A stretch of DNA of 64,000 nucleotides, from assembly GCF_000150275.1 (NCBI RefSeq), contig NW_002060951.1:126775-190774 (forward strand), given 5' to 3'. Within the stretch, counting starts at the first letter, position 1, and each line of letters opens with the position of its first letter. The position numbers were made by a program, and so were the translations under genes. The notes beneath the pieces were generated by a model. It saw nothing but the letters and a program-made list of their open reading frames with translations, was not told where the DNA came from and searched no databases. Positions 13,416 through 26,500 of the stretch are shown in pieces. The DNA comes from Trichoplax adhaerens. Taxonomy: Eukaryota; Animalia; Placozoa.

Positions 13416-15696
13416 TTAAAAGTCTTCATTATCAGAAGACTCCGAAGAGGTTATTGACGAGTCACTGGAGCAGGAAACTGCATTTGATCTAGTCGTCTGC
13501 CTTAGATTTTTGGTTGTCTTAGTCAGAGACAAGTTACTCAGGCCTGATAGCTGGTATTGCTGGATGCATCAATTCATAAGTAATTAAATATTGCAATCAA
13601 TATATTATATTAAAAGCGTTACTAAAACTGGTATAATGATTACTTATTGTATTTTTAACCGTATCAAGAACTTACCATTTGCCGAGATAGAAATTCCTTT
13701 TTTTCGTCCTCAGTTATAGGAGTGAATGAATCATCGTCTGATTCATCATGCCAACCCATCGCTCGTAACAGCCTATTTGTAATATCAAATATTAGGATTA
13801 AACTAGATTGTAGTTATAATAAAGAATATTTATCTTCTTATATCTAATGAAGTACTGCCTGCATTGAAGCTGCTCAGTACAGCTTTCCAGATTTTAATTG
13901 ATATAGCAATGGTTAACATTACTGTACCTTTGTTCCCCTTCAAGTGATATCGATATTTCTCGACAGGGGTGTAATGCGCCTACACAGATAACATAGATTA
14001 GTAACATAATCCAATAATGGTGATATGATTCCTATATAAAATAACTGTAGGACAGATAACTAATTAAGGTTCACTCACGATCGCTTTCATTAGCTAAGCC
14101 GTCTAAAGATGCATCTTGCCGTTTATGATTATTTACTTCAATTTTCTGTAGATAGAGAGTTCGAAAACCGCATGAAAAAATAGTACTTCATACCGTAATC
14201 AACGTTGAGAGATTCTTTTCCGTAAAATCATCGTCATTGTATCTATCATTACGTACCTGACTAAGGTAATTTTCATTTCCGCTATCTACTTTCCTACCCA
14301 GTGATTGTTTATTTCTAGGCATATTACTATTTTCGGAGCGAACTGCTTCGAAAAAATCGCTTTTATTTAGCGCTGGTCGAGGTTTTTGCACATTTTGAAG
14401 TTTTGGTTCCATATTCTTATTATTATTAAACTTAAAGTTCTAGGTGTGTATTAAGGCATTTAAACAATACAGTAAATATATTATTTCAGTGAAACAGCGT
14501 AACGGTTCAATAGAAATTTATGTAAAATTACATTTTAGATACACTGTAGTAACTCTAGCAACGTGCATTAGGAAATACATATAGTAAATGAACCTTTTCG
14601 GTATGTTTGCTCGATGATGCTTCCGACTTTATAATTCGACTTCGACGAACACTCTAAGTGCAACATACAAGACAACTGTTAAAAATAAAAGGAACTTGAC
14701 AACCTATATAACAAGTAAGCCTTTGATAGTTACCTTTCCAGAAACAACCACAGTAGACGCTGCTACGTCTTTATACGAAGCACCAATTGACTAAAAGTGA
14801 AAGTGTCACGAAGTAAAGCACTTTATTTACATCATGCATGCACGTGAATATACTGTAAATGTTTGATTAAAAAACTACATTTGTATGTACCGGTGAGCCA
14901 GAGGTGCGTGTTACCGGATAAGGTAGAGGCTGTGTTAGTTCATTAGCTTCGATAATCGTTTTGGCGGCTGGCCACATACTTTTCGGTTAAGTAGTGTACA
15001 TTGGGTGCAGGTTGCTACGGCTATGTAGTTATATGATTATCTCGTACTTAATTACACACCTCTCTCTTCCCGTTTGCAGAACCTTTATAGCTAGTATAAA
15101 ATTTACTACTAACGAAGTTATTATCGTCTTCATTGTCGTTGGAATTTCTAACAGGTTTCTTAGATAAATGATTGCTAGTACCGGTGTCATTGGCTTTTCC
15201 GAAATCCAAAGGTTTAATTCCATTGTTTTGTTTTCCTAGCAATATTTACGAGGCAAGAATATTATTATATCGGGTATAAATAGTTTATTGAGTGCAATCC
15301 GAAATCCTTCAAGGCATTGAAGGAGTATAAATACTTCGAATACTATTTCGCAATCAAATTTTTCTTTCAATGATCAACTACCAACCTGCGGAAGACGTAA
15401 CTAATGCAGCCGATAAAGGTGAATTACCACGCGACCACACATTTTTGTTGCTAGCATTGGTCTAGGGGTTCATTTAAAAGTATTATACATAAATCAATCG
15501 TAACGCAATGTATGAAATCTACTCATCCAAAATTTCTGATGTTCAGATTACTAATATGATTATCACAATGGAATCTTGAATAACCCATTCAGCATATGAT
15601 ACTCAATAAATTACATAAAGATATTCTTACATTGCCATCGTTACTCGACGGGAAAGATAACCAAGCAGGAGTGAAATCAGGCACTTTATTTGCCAT
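13416..15696 (-). CDS. GPBP1: Vasculin / GC-rich promoter-binding protein 1 family (~11 exons)
   Basis: First exon 15696-15631 encodes MANKVPDFTPAWLSFPS (family N-terminal DF.PAWL.FP motif). An internal NKSDFFEAVR is present. The C-terminal vasculin domain reads SLEGEQRLLRAMGWHDESDDDSFTPITEDEKKEF, followed by a Ser/acidic tail ending SSESSDNEDF*. The small exon ~14891-14929 is less certain. Confidence 0.88.
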
Positions 15697-17859
15697 TATT
15701 TTATAACATTCTCGCCAAGATCAGCTCAACACGTTCTCGATGCACTTAGCGTGATCCCGAATTGTTGCATAAAGTGATTCACAAATACAAGAATTACCCG
15801 TTTCAAGAACTGGAAGTGCGATATTTTCCTATAATTTTAAAGATAGAAATGAGAATGATGGATAAATCAATCACATGATATTAAGATTAACCTGTCAAGT
15901 ATCTCCAAACAAACTAATAATGCAGGAGCGACTACTTATAGAATTATACAGTAGCACACCTGCAGAATTCTACTAGTTATGATACATTCACTAGATCCTG
16001 ATTGAAGTTATGATTGCGAATATTGTGCACTACGAAAAGATTACTAATATCATCATTTATCATTTAAATAAGGCCATTTTTAATCTTACATAAATTGCTA
16101 AAATTATAAAAAAAATAGCATACACAAAACGTCCTGTTGATATTCTAAAATTTTAGGCAATAAATTAACTTGTAGGCTGTACACAGTATTTGCTCATAGC
16201 GCTGTCAAAATTACTAATAGTAACCTTAATAGTTAGGTGTATGAACGCACCTTGTGACGGACAATCGATGCAATCTGATGTACTGAGACAGTAGATACAA
16301 TTGCAACGGGTAGAACCGTTTAGTGATTGGATATAAGGTTAACAGCTTCGAAAAAGCGTAATAACCACAGTCCTAGTTCTGATCCATAATCTCTATCTTT
16401 GTGTCAAGCAGTAGATGCAAACAAGATTAAGTTTCGATAAAGTACTGTATAATAAAAATCTAAGTACGTAAACGTGGGACTATTGCGATTGTAGAACAAC
16501 CATGTGCTTCTTATGAAATGATAGTCTTGACTACGAAAGAAAAATCGGCGATTTATAGACTGTAGGCTTCAAAGTATCAATAGCAAGCACGAACCATAAA
16601 CAGCCAGTAACCAGAATTTACTACTAAGTTTTATGAAAGTCTTTTCAGGAGTCAATAACGGTTGAAATTTTCCGTCATGTAAGAGATACGGATAAGTGAT
16701 AACATGGATTTATATAATATGTTGAAGAAGCGTAGTTCCACTTATATCTTCTATGTACGTGCTTCGTATAGTATTAACTGTAAGTTCCGGGATAGTAACA
16801 ACGTGTATAATTTCGAAAGATGTCGGCGAGGTGAAACTTATAATAACGTTTATTTGAATAAGCACAAGTATTTTCCTTTAATATGCTGGGATCGATGTAC
16901 GTAGAAGCGCCCTAGTGAAATTCGTCAAGATTCTTGACTTTAATATGTTACCAAGTTGGATTTCTAGCAATGACAATAACAACGATAAATGAACCAGGAA
17001 CAAGGGTTTCCAATCTTTCAGTAACTATTACTTTTTGTAAGATATTACCGTAATAAAGTCAGTAAATGTGAACCTATTCGGCAATGCGTCTGTCCGTAGT
17101 CCAGTATGCAATTAGAATATTGCAGAAAGTAGTCTTTCGATTGTCAGGCTATGCTGATGATTATAATTATTAACATACAAGCGGTAAAAATGGAAAATAA
17201 CTCACTGTTAATAATGAAATATGTAGCGTAATATAATGTATAATTTGTATGTAGATAAACAAGAAAATTCTCTTAATTAATCTTTACCTGAAGGTGCGGA
17301 TGGGTAAACTTTAGCGTTTGACTGTATTTTCTGTGAGTGTCGTACGTGGATGGACACTTACAGTAGCTATCACCTAGAACAGGCCTATATTTATGTAAAA
17401 ATGACGTTATACGATATAATGTACAGTAAAAGTGGTAAAAAAATCTCTAAATTTAACCAGTCAGTTTAGTAATCAGGCTACTTTTTGGCCTAATATCATT
17501 GGAATGATTCGACAAGAGTTCAGCGCGTGAATATACGTACACACTCGTACAGTACGCAGATCTTTAAAATAGTACTACAGTAACCACACCAAGTTGATTT
17601 ATTTGTCTGTCTTCACGAGGATGAGTTAAGTGTCGTAGTTAGTTTATATCAAGATTCTTCTTTCTGGTTGAAGTAGATGACTCTTCGTTGGTAACTTATT
17701 CTTCAAAAACCGTTGATCTTTCTAGTTGATGCAGTTTACTTTTTATCCACGACAGCCAGGTTATGACTGCCAACGTCAAAATTAGTATGCTCAATAAATA
17801 GCTAGTACGGTACTGTACAGTGTAGTGTACACTATAAGCCAGGCATGAGTAGGGGTAAG

Positions 17860-18290
17860 ATTTTACAGACCTCGGCTATACACTGTACAGACAGGATTCT
17901 TCAAATACAGTGGAAGCAATCTATTTGCCGCTTTTGTAGAAGACAGTTTACAGGCAATGCGATGGATGTACAGTGTGAAATTGTAAATGTAGTCGTTGAG
18001 GGGCTGACAAGTTCACAAGTAGCAGTTAATGAGTAAACGGTGGCAAACAAAGTAAAACGGCTTCTTTAGACTTCTTCTTTCAGCTCTGCACGGTATAACA
18101 ACAATCGCAGATTTGTACGCAAATAGGATACTTGATGCTTTAACAAATTTCTTTCATTTCACTTTTCCACAGTATTAAAGATCATAAATTGACAAAATGT
18201 TCTTCTTCTTCTCTTACAGCAATAATAATGTTTCGTGATATATTGCTAACTTAATGATCATCGGAAAAAAAAGGTGAACTCCTAACGGAT
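17860..18290 (-). pseudogene. Decayed coding relic, possibly a RecQ-like helicase of transposon origin
   Basis: Stop- and frameshift-riddled minus-strand reading: ...IIIAVREEEEHFVNL*SLILWKS...KYPICVQICDCC...EAVLLCLPP...HCTSIAL...STVFEES...CIAEVCKIL. The order loosely follows RecQ motifs I, Ia, Ib and II. Confidence 0.25.
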
Positions 18291-18476
18291 GCTTGGCGAC
18301 TTTGATAAAATTTTTGGTGTATCTCAGTACGCAGCAAATATACACACAAAATAAATGACTGGTAACTTGTGAATGTGCTCGTGGATGAGTTGAATTTGTG
18401 TACTATACTGACCATACGTGATACTGAGTAAAGTCAAGCGTAACCTTTTATAAAAGGACTTTTAGGGTTTCTAGAG

Positions 18477-19221
18477 TGTACTGTACTGTACACTGTACTG
18501 TACTGTACTGTACTGCACGATCTACAGTACAGTATACTGTACAGTGAAAGTACCGTGACAGTAAAACGTCTGCACAAAGTGGAAAGACTCCGATAAAATC
18601 CATCTTTACCGTCTGTCAGAGTCTGTGGACAAAAAATGGTGCTAAATCGAGTTTACAGTACTGTACTGTACTGTGCTCACTTAATAAATTTAGTATCATG
18701 GATTGCTGTACTGTACACTTGTACAGTACACAATAGTGCGTACAGTGGATTTTAATTTGAGAAAACGCTAGCTGCTCCCAGGGACTACTGGAAGAAAAGA
18801 TCTAGCACCACTGGACGTCGCTACAAAGGGCCACCTAGGGCTACGATAGTATTGCCCGCCGATCAACCACTATTTTGACCCTCAAATGGCACAGTAGTAC
18901 TGACTCTGTTATATGAATTAATTAACTAATCCATTTTCAGTTACTTTTGAATTAATTAATTTATTTATTTATTTTCGTCTTTAGCGTACAGTACAGTACA
19001 GTAACAGTGTTGTACTGTACTGTACGCAAGTAGGCGATGTGTACAGTACAGTACTGTACTGTATTTACCATAGACGGAGTTGAACTGCGCAAGTTCGTTT
19101 TGTACTGTACTGTACAGTACTGTACCATGGACTACCAAATATGTGTAATGTACAGTACTGTACTACGAAGGTGTATTGTACTGTAATTTCCAGTTATAAC
19201 GGTCTAAAATACAGTACTGTA
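18477..19221. repeat. Cluster of TACAG/CTGTA microsatellite runs around unique spacers
   Basis: Runs at about 18477-18545, 18654-18674, 18706-18746, 18987-19063 and 19101-19221. Smaller copies lie at ~17804-17832 and ~19561-19582. Confidence 0.9.
18779..18805 (+). mobile_element. Solo terminal-inverted-repeat copy related to the MITE at 52127-52171
   Basis: CAGGGACTACTGGAAGAAAAGATCTAG aligns with CATGGACTACTGGAAGAAGACCTAG, the reverse complement of the MITE right arm. No partner end was found in the window. Confidence 0.55.
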
Positions 19222-20572
19222 TGTCTTTGTTTTGACAAAGGCGTATTATTAACTCAAAAGCTACGGGGATGATAAACCCGCCATACATAATACGAATCAA
19301 GTATATCGAAATTGATTTAATTTTATTTTAAAATAAGCGTGCATCAAAGAATTGAAGCATAATACGACCAGGAATCCAGGTGAGTAAAAAGAGTTATCAT
19401 GTACGTAATTTATCTATTGCAACGTGATTTATCGATACACCAATCCACTAAACCCAATGGAATAGGGTACTCATACATAGGACTATGTTGTAAATACAAG
19501 ATAGTTTTACAATACAGTATGTTCAGACAAGACAATATGATAATTTACTTTACTGATGCAGTAGTGCAGTACTGTACTGTACGTATTTTGCCTTTAATAA
19601 TAATTATTAATAAATATACCAATAATTAGTCTAGTAGATTAATCTTATTATGAATGTAAAGTTATCTAACGTGAGTGATGAAGGTTAATTCTTTAGTGAG
19701 CTAGTGTTCTTGCCTTTTACAATCGATAGTTGCATACTCTTACTTTTGTATACTGTACATATTTTATTAGTAGATTACTCCTAATCTGCAACTCCAGCGC
19801 TGCAATTATGTTCTCTTAATATGAATTACTAACTTCTAATTGAATACGTATGTGGCTATAATTGTAGAATACATTCAAAATCTTATATCACTGTAAACTA
19901 GTATATTAAACAGTACACTCATTTAAAATCATTTTATATCTATGAGTAAACCACAACGAACGTTTACAAGCTTCATTTGATACGAATAGCGAATTATATT
20001 ATTATCAAGTGTGCGGATAAAACATTATCTCTTCTAGTTAATTGATACTTATGACATAAGCAAATATTTCAATTTAGTATACGCAATTTAATTTACAGTT
20101 ACCTAATCGATCTTGCATATTATCATGCACATATCATGTTCAACGTTGAATGAAATCATATCCTACATGCACGGTCAAACTTCGAAATAGAGATCAATTC
20201 TTGCTACTCATATATATAATTTATCTTAGCTGAGCTTCTACAATCGAAAATGATGGCACTATTAACAGGAGTGGTACTTTGAAGGTAACTGAAACATTGT
20301 TTCATTAGGTGGACGAAATTTCATACTAATAAAAGTAATTTCTTATAGACGATATGTGTCATGAACGATTATTTACATAATGATGTAATGTGATCATAGA
20401 GGAGATCATATCGTATAATGTACTATAATGGTAACTCAATCATTTATTGCTATAATGGCTTTTTCGATAGGAAGAGATATATTTTATTGCGAGTTTTCAA
20501 GGAAGGAAGGAAACAGTTAAACTACTATAACTTTCTGATGCTCTTACATTACCTAAACTACATCCTGTGAAA

Positions 20573-23500
20573 ATGTTGATAACACTAAGCGTGATTGCTT
20601 CCGAATCTTTCAAAAGCAAAAAAACTTGGTCAAGATTGGTTTGGCCTATCCAGGTTTGCTATGAATGTTTCATAACTGTTTTTTTTAATTTTCATGATCC
20701 ATATACTTTGCTTTGATTGAATACTAGTTAATACTAATAAGTAAGCTTTATTCCTTTGCATTTAATTAATTTTATAGGCTAAAGATAGCCTGTACCTTCT
20801 TGATACCAATCGATTACGTCAAGCTCAAATTCATACCGGTCAGATCAGGCGTCAAAAAATCCCAAACTTGAAAGATACCATTGCAGTGAATATCTCTATC
20901 GATGGTAAGATCGTTTCTGCTCTATACCTTGCCTATGATACTTCTCTGTTAAGATCTCCTATTATCACTCCATAATACTAGGCTCATTCGTTGTATTCAT
21001 ATGGAATAATAATGAAATCTGTTTATGGCACGGTGAAAGTCGGACATTATTAACCATTGAAAATTCTAAGCAATTCGTTGAGAACTACCTAAATCAAGGT
21101 ACTGACATACAGTAACATATCTACATTTGTGCAAATATGTTCCTTTCAAGATATATTATTTAATTAAGCTAATTGGGTTACTGTACTTGCTTAACTTTAA
21201 GCTTGGCTACCAATTTAGTGAATAAATTTGAACTAAACCAATATTAAGCCTCTAAATGGCTCTTTCCGTGACTTTTAATTGAATTGTGATGCATGCCTTA
21301 ATTATGCCCAGCTCTTTAACGCGTTTCAATATTCTCAACATTAAATCAAGATGTATCAAAATATTTTTCATTAAAATCACTACCTAGTCAAATAGTAATA
21401 CATAAATAATAATCTTATGTATATCTTTAACTCTGTAGGGAGCAGAGTTAGCATTTTCGTCTCAGATTGTGGTCGGAAGATTATCGTAGTTATTGATATG
21501 AAGAAAATATTGCTATGGGAAGCTGATCTTGATAGTTTTTGTAAGCTTATATGTATTTAAATTAAAAACTTCATTTACACAATGCTTTTGCAAAATTAAC
21601 GGTATATTTAACTGCTTGTACCTCGTCATATTAACTTACTTACACTATTAATAGTGATCGTCGTTTAAACGTTTAAACTAATCAATTAAATTAAGCACTC
21701 AATAGTAACTTTTGATACTCACATATTTATGCTAACTTTTAAAAAGAAAATTTCAGTACTAACAGCAAAATTTGTAGAGTAAAATCATATTATTTTACAT
21801 GCAATGTTATAAGAGTAGACTTAGTAATTGCCAGAAGATATTCCTTTCGAAATTTTTTTTTGCGGTCATATTATCCACAGTACGTATTTTAAAACTTGAA
21901 CCTATCCGTTAATTGAATTAATAAAATCAATTATTCTTAGCGGTAGAATTCTCTTCATGTTTTGGCATTTAACGCAATGGGTTATACGTAATGCACAAAG
22001 TTTAAGTGCCATTTTTACGCGGAGTTATCAATCTAGAAATATCTGTATTAATATATTGAAAGTGTATATAGGCTACTAATTTGTACCTTAATTCGTTGTC
22101 TTATTAGTTAAATTGAATTTATATCCTTGGTAGAGTCCAATTTACAGTATATTGGTCATGTATACGCATATTAACCGACACTTGTAGTATATTAAATACT
22201 ACTTTGAATCATTTATGATATTCAACGTTGTAATTTATAGTTGAACTCAAAGGGAAGGAAGCTACTGCAAGTGGGATTTGGAGTAATATCCAGCCAAACA
22301 ATTGCAGTTTACCGGATGAAGGCAGTAAAGAGGCATTTGTCGAAACAATATTTTACTTTGATCCGGTAACGTAATTAATGAATGTACTACTTATAGGGAC
22401 ACTTGAAAAAATTAATTCAATTTTTTGTAGTCCTTGCTATCTATAGCTGTTATAACCTGTAAGCGGTTCGATTCTTGCCTATGACGGTTAATTAAATCTT
22501 AAATTTTTATTTGGATCAAATGCGATCGTGTAGATGATTGGATTTAATTGCAGCATCATCTTCGTATTTAACAATCAAGCGAACCAACTCGTAATTACAC
22601 AGATCTTAATAAGATGGACAGATTTAAATGAAGAGGAACAAGTTTTAAAAAACATAGCTAAACAAAGTTTACGCAGCAGTGAAAATCGACATCAATCGGA
22701 CAGAAAGCATCAAGATGAAATCACATTTATTCCGGATTCTGTTTATGAAACGCACAATCCCAGCTATCAAACTATACCGCAGGCCTTTGATCAACGTTAT
22801 CGTTCGGAACTTATTAACTTAGCAGATATCTGTAGTGCTGCCAAAGCTAATTTTAAAGCAGGTAAATTATACTTTATAAAACATGGAACTAATGCTTCTC
22901 TACTGGCTAGTTGGATTTCTGCAAGCTAGTGTATCCAGTTTTAAGTAGAGTTACATTTTTTAACGTTAAAGAATGTAATAGTTGAGCGTACTATGATTTA
23001 TCGTAGGTGCATATGTTGCGAAGCATTCACGCGATGGCGATATTTTAGCTATCGCTATGAATCAGAAAATATCCAAGGATACCAGAATTATATTTTACTC
23101 TTTACGTGCTAAAGCCATTGTAGTAACAGACATGTACGGGTGCAGTCGTCGTGATGGACGCGGCAAGTAAGTCAGGCTATCAATTAACAACTGAAGTTAT
23201 CAGAAATTAATAACCTTCATGAGGGATGTAGTACCAGATACAATATGATTATAATCGGTTAAGGCAAGACATAGAAAAATCATATTTAGAAAGAATCGAT
23301 AAGTATGGTATTACTAATTAATACTAATAGATGAAAAATTGATAGAGATATGTTAATATTGCTTTAGGGAATTCAGCATTACCGATATGACTTGGACTTC
23401 CAATAGTTTATTACTAATTGCGATAACACGTAATGGGTTCGTAGCTATCATTAGCCGTGCTGGACAACTGCTATTGTGCAATACGAAAGGCTTGGGTACG

Positions 23501-26500
23501 GAGTTAGGCCCCTCCTTTTATTTGCCGTTACATCCATTAATGACCATTAAGTATGTCGAAATAACTAAATTGGGTCATCTATACTGAGCCCCTGAGCTAT
23601 CGATAACACATATTAGCTTCATTTTCCTTTGCATCTGCACTATATTTATGAAACTCACGACATCTAATTATCACAAAATGTATTGATTCTATAGAAAATA
23701 TTAACATTAACTCATTATTGAGCCAAATAAATGTTTCAGTTGCTACATAATGAATATTCAATAATTATGCAGTTGCAATACCGTATACATGTGAATAATA
23801 GAGTTTCAAAAATAAATTTGAATAGGCTTATTTAGCTGTTTAATAGTTATTTGCTTCACTTTTATTAATTCTTCTTTCCTTTAGAAAATTTAGTGATATG
23901 ACAGGTGATAGTAGCAGCAAAATTACGAGCCCGAATACAAGCGAACATGAAAATGATGACTTTGAAAAGCTGAAACAAAAGTTTTCTGTTACAGTTCATC
24001 CTCGGTTACCGCGAATTATCACATCAGACGGCTACATGTTTATTATTATATCTTTGCCAGCAATTGCAACTCATTGTCAACATATGATCTCAACATTCAT
24101 ACAGGAAGTACAAGTAGCTGTTTTAAGGAAATTTAAAGATTCAGCTAACCCGATAATTGGCATCAACACGGAAACAAATTTTAGTCGCACTAATAATTTT
24201 GATTATTTAGGCACGCGAAGTATTAATCAATTACTATACAAGGGATCATTATATACAGGTCTTCCAATCGGTGACGGGAGTGGTAATATCGAGCAAGGAT
24301 TCGATCACACGCAATTTGGCAATCAACAGTTGCAACGCACGATAAGCGAAGAATTTAACACTACATATGGATATTCTACAACATCATCAACAACCGAATT
24401 AGGCCTCAACACATTCTTAAATGGTCTAGATTATGGCATTATTGAATTTGGTTTTCCAATTGATACCCTAGAAAAAGAAACAGCTGCTGTACTGGGGCAA
24501 GAATACGCACCGTTGCATGTTAGTTTTAATGGTTTATTAAATGCCTGGTCACTATTGGTGACTGCCAATATAGATGCGTCGGCTGGATTTAATCGTGATT
24601 TACTAACCTGGAAAGTCATCCAATGTATTGCACAGGTTTCTAACCAAGTTTTAATTTTTAGTATATCAAAATTTACTCAAACTGATGGTTCAAGTAATCG
24701 TCGTGCTCATAGACAATTGACAAGGCAGAGATCAATACTATTTGATTTATCATTTATTCAGGCCATTAACATGGTCACATCACTGTACCAAAAATGCATG
24801 ACTATAATTCTGTGGGATGCAGCTACACGCCACTCTATGCAACATGCAATTTTTCTGCCATTTAGTTTGATTCGTGCTTTTCTAAATATACCGGCTCGAT
24901 CGGATCAGAGATTTATTTTACTTGAATATTGTTACAAATTTACCAGATTTGCTGATCAAATTTTGACGTCAACTTACTCTTCTATAATACGCGAGCGCAA
25001 TGCCGGTAATAAACAGAGTTTTCAAAATACTACCAACGCAAAGTCATCCGCTAACGATGCTCTACACCTTGACGTGACAGTGAGAGTGGCCAACTTATGG
25101 CTGTATCTTTATAGCCATATCGTTGTTACTTGGAAAGCTGTACAATCAGAAAGTAAATGACTGAATCAACTCTTAAATTATTTCTTCTATTTACAGCATA
25201 TTGTAATAGTTAAGTTACAGTATTTTCTTATGAAAGCTTTTAGCATAGAATTTTCTAACGTTATGCTTTTAACCTATTTATTTCTTTATAAGATATTGCA
25301 AGTGATAAAATCAAGGAATTGGCTAGGTCCTTATTATATAACATTCAGGGGGTGTTAACGCATTATAATATAGAAATACCTTACCAAGATAATGATCATG
25401 CCTGTATTCAAGCATTAAATGAGTGTAAGTAGGAAAATTATTAACAATTTACCTTATTTACTGTAAACCGTATAAATACATAACATCCACATCACAGCAA
25501 GCGAGATTATCAAGCTGCTGTTGGACTTTCTGGAATGGTTGGATTTAAAATTTATCATAAATCTTATCGTCATGTAAATCACATCAGGGCAGTTATTCTT
25601 TTTATATGTAATCAAAGAATAAATTAATAATGTTTGCAATAGCTTTATTTAGAAGATATGCGTTATAACCTAAAAAAATTTTTGTTTTGCTTTGCAGAAA
25701 AGTTATTTATATGCAGTATTCAATGTAACAATGATGTTATTACTACTATGAAGATTTATCAAATTTTAAACAATAGTTTATATCTTATTTATCATCATAG
25801 GCTATACAATGTATTTTAAAGGATCAATACTAGATGCTGCCAAATCCTTGGCGTCAGCATATCAACGTCGAAGCGATAATAATCTTCTAACTGACAATTT
25901 TAAATCTGCTCATCCCAAATTATCCTTACTTTACATGTATCTTGAAAGTTATCATTTAAATGACGCCATTAATCTGGTTAACTCACTAATTGCCGTTCGT
26001 CACGATCATGATGCATCACTATCATCCATTAATCGAGCTGCAAGCTATGCTAGCCTAAGTGCCGGCTCAGACATAAGCCATTTATCAGTACCACAGCTAT
26101 TTTCAGGTAGACAGAAACATCGATCATCTCGGAAAAAGAATTTAAGTAACAACATGCCCCATTATTGGGTTAAAGATATAATAGACCTTGAAGTTGTGCA
26201 AAATTTTGCGCGTTGTATGGCTTTGTATTTTTGCTATGGATATGATATTTTAATTAGTCCTGCACACCATGCCCAAAATTGTCCGAGTCTATTTACATTA
26301 ACTTGTCGAAAAGGAGAGGATTTAGATCTAGTAAATAAAACTGAAAACACCAGATTATTTCGGTTGAAAGAGCGTCTTAAAGGACATAAATTTTTACCAA
26401 GAATAAAATCCACAGGTAAGCTATCCGAGCTGAAAGTAAATGTCACTTTACTATTCCTGATCTCTTCTATGCATGTGTATGAGCTGGATTAATAATATAA

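Noticed and set aside
18829-18846. CTCF-like motif GGCCACCTAGGG
   Set aside because: Partial match only; CTCF is considered bilaterian, and the site lies within a probable TE end.
20419-20460. RFX X-box upstream of CPLANE1
   Set aside because: Only a half-site (TGGTAAC) is present; not convincing.
22428-22490. tRNA B-box-like GGTTCGATTC in a CPLANE1 intron
   Set aside because: No convincing T-stem, D-arm or acceptor stem.
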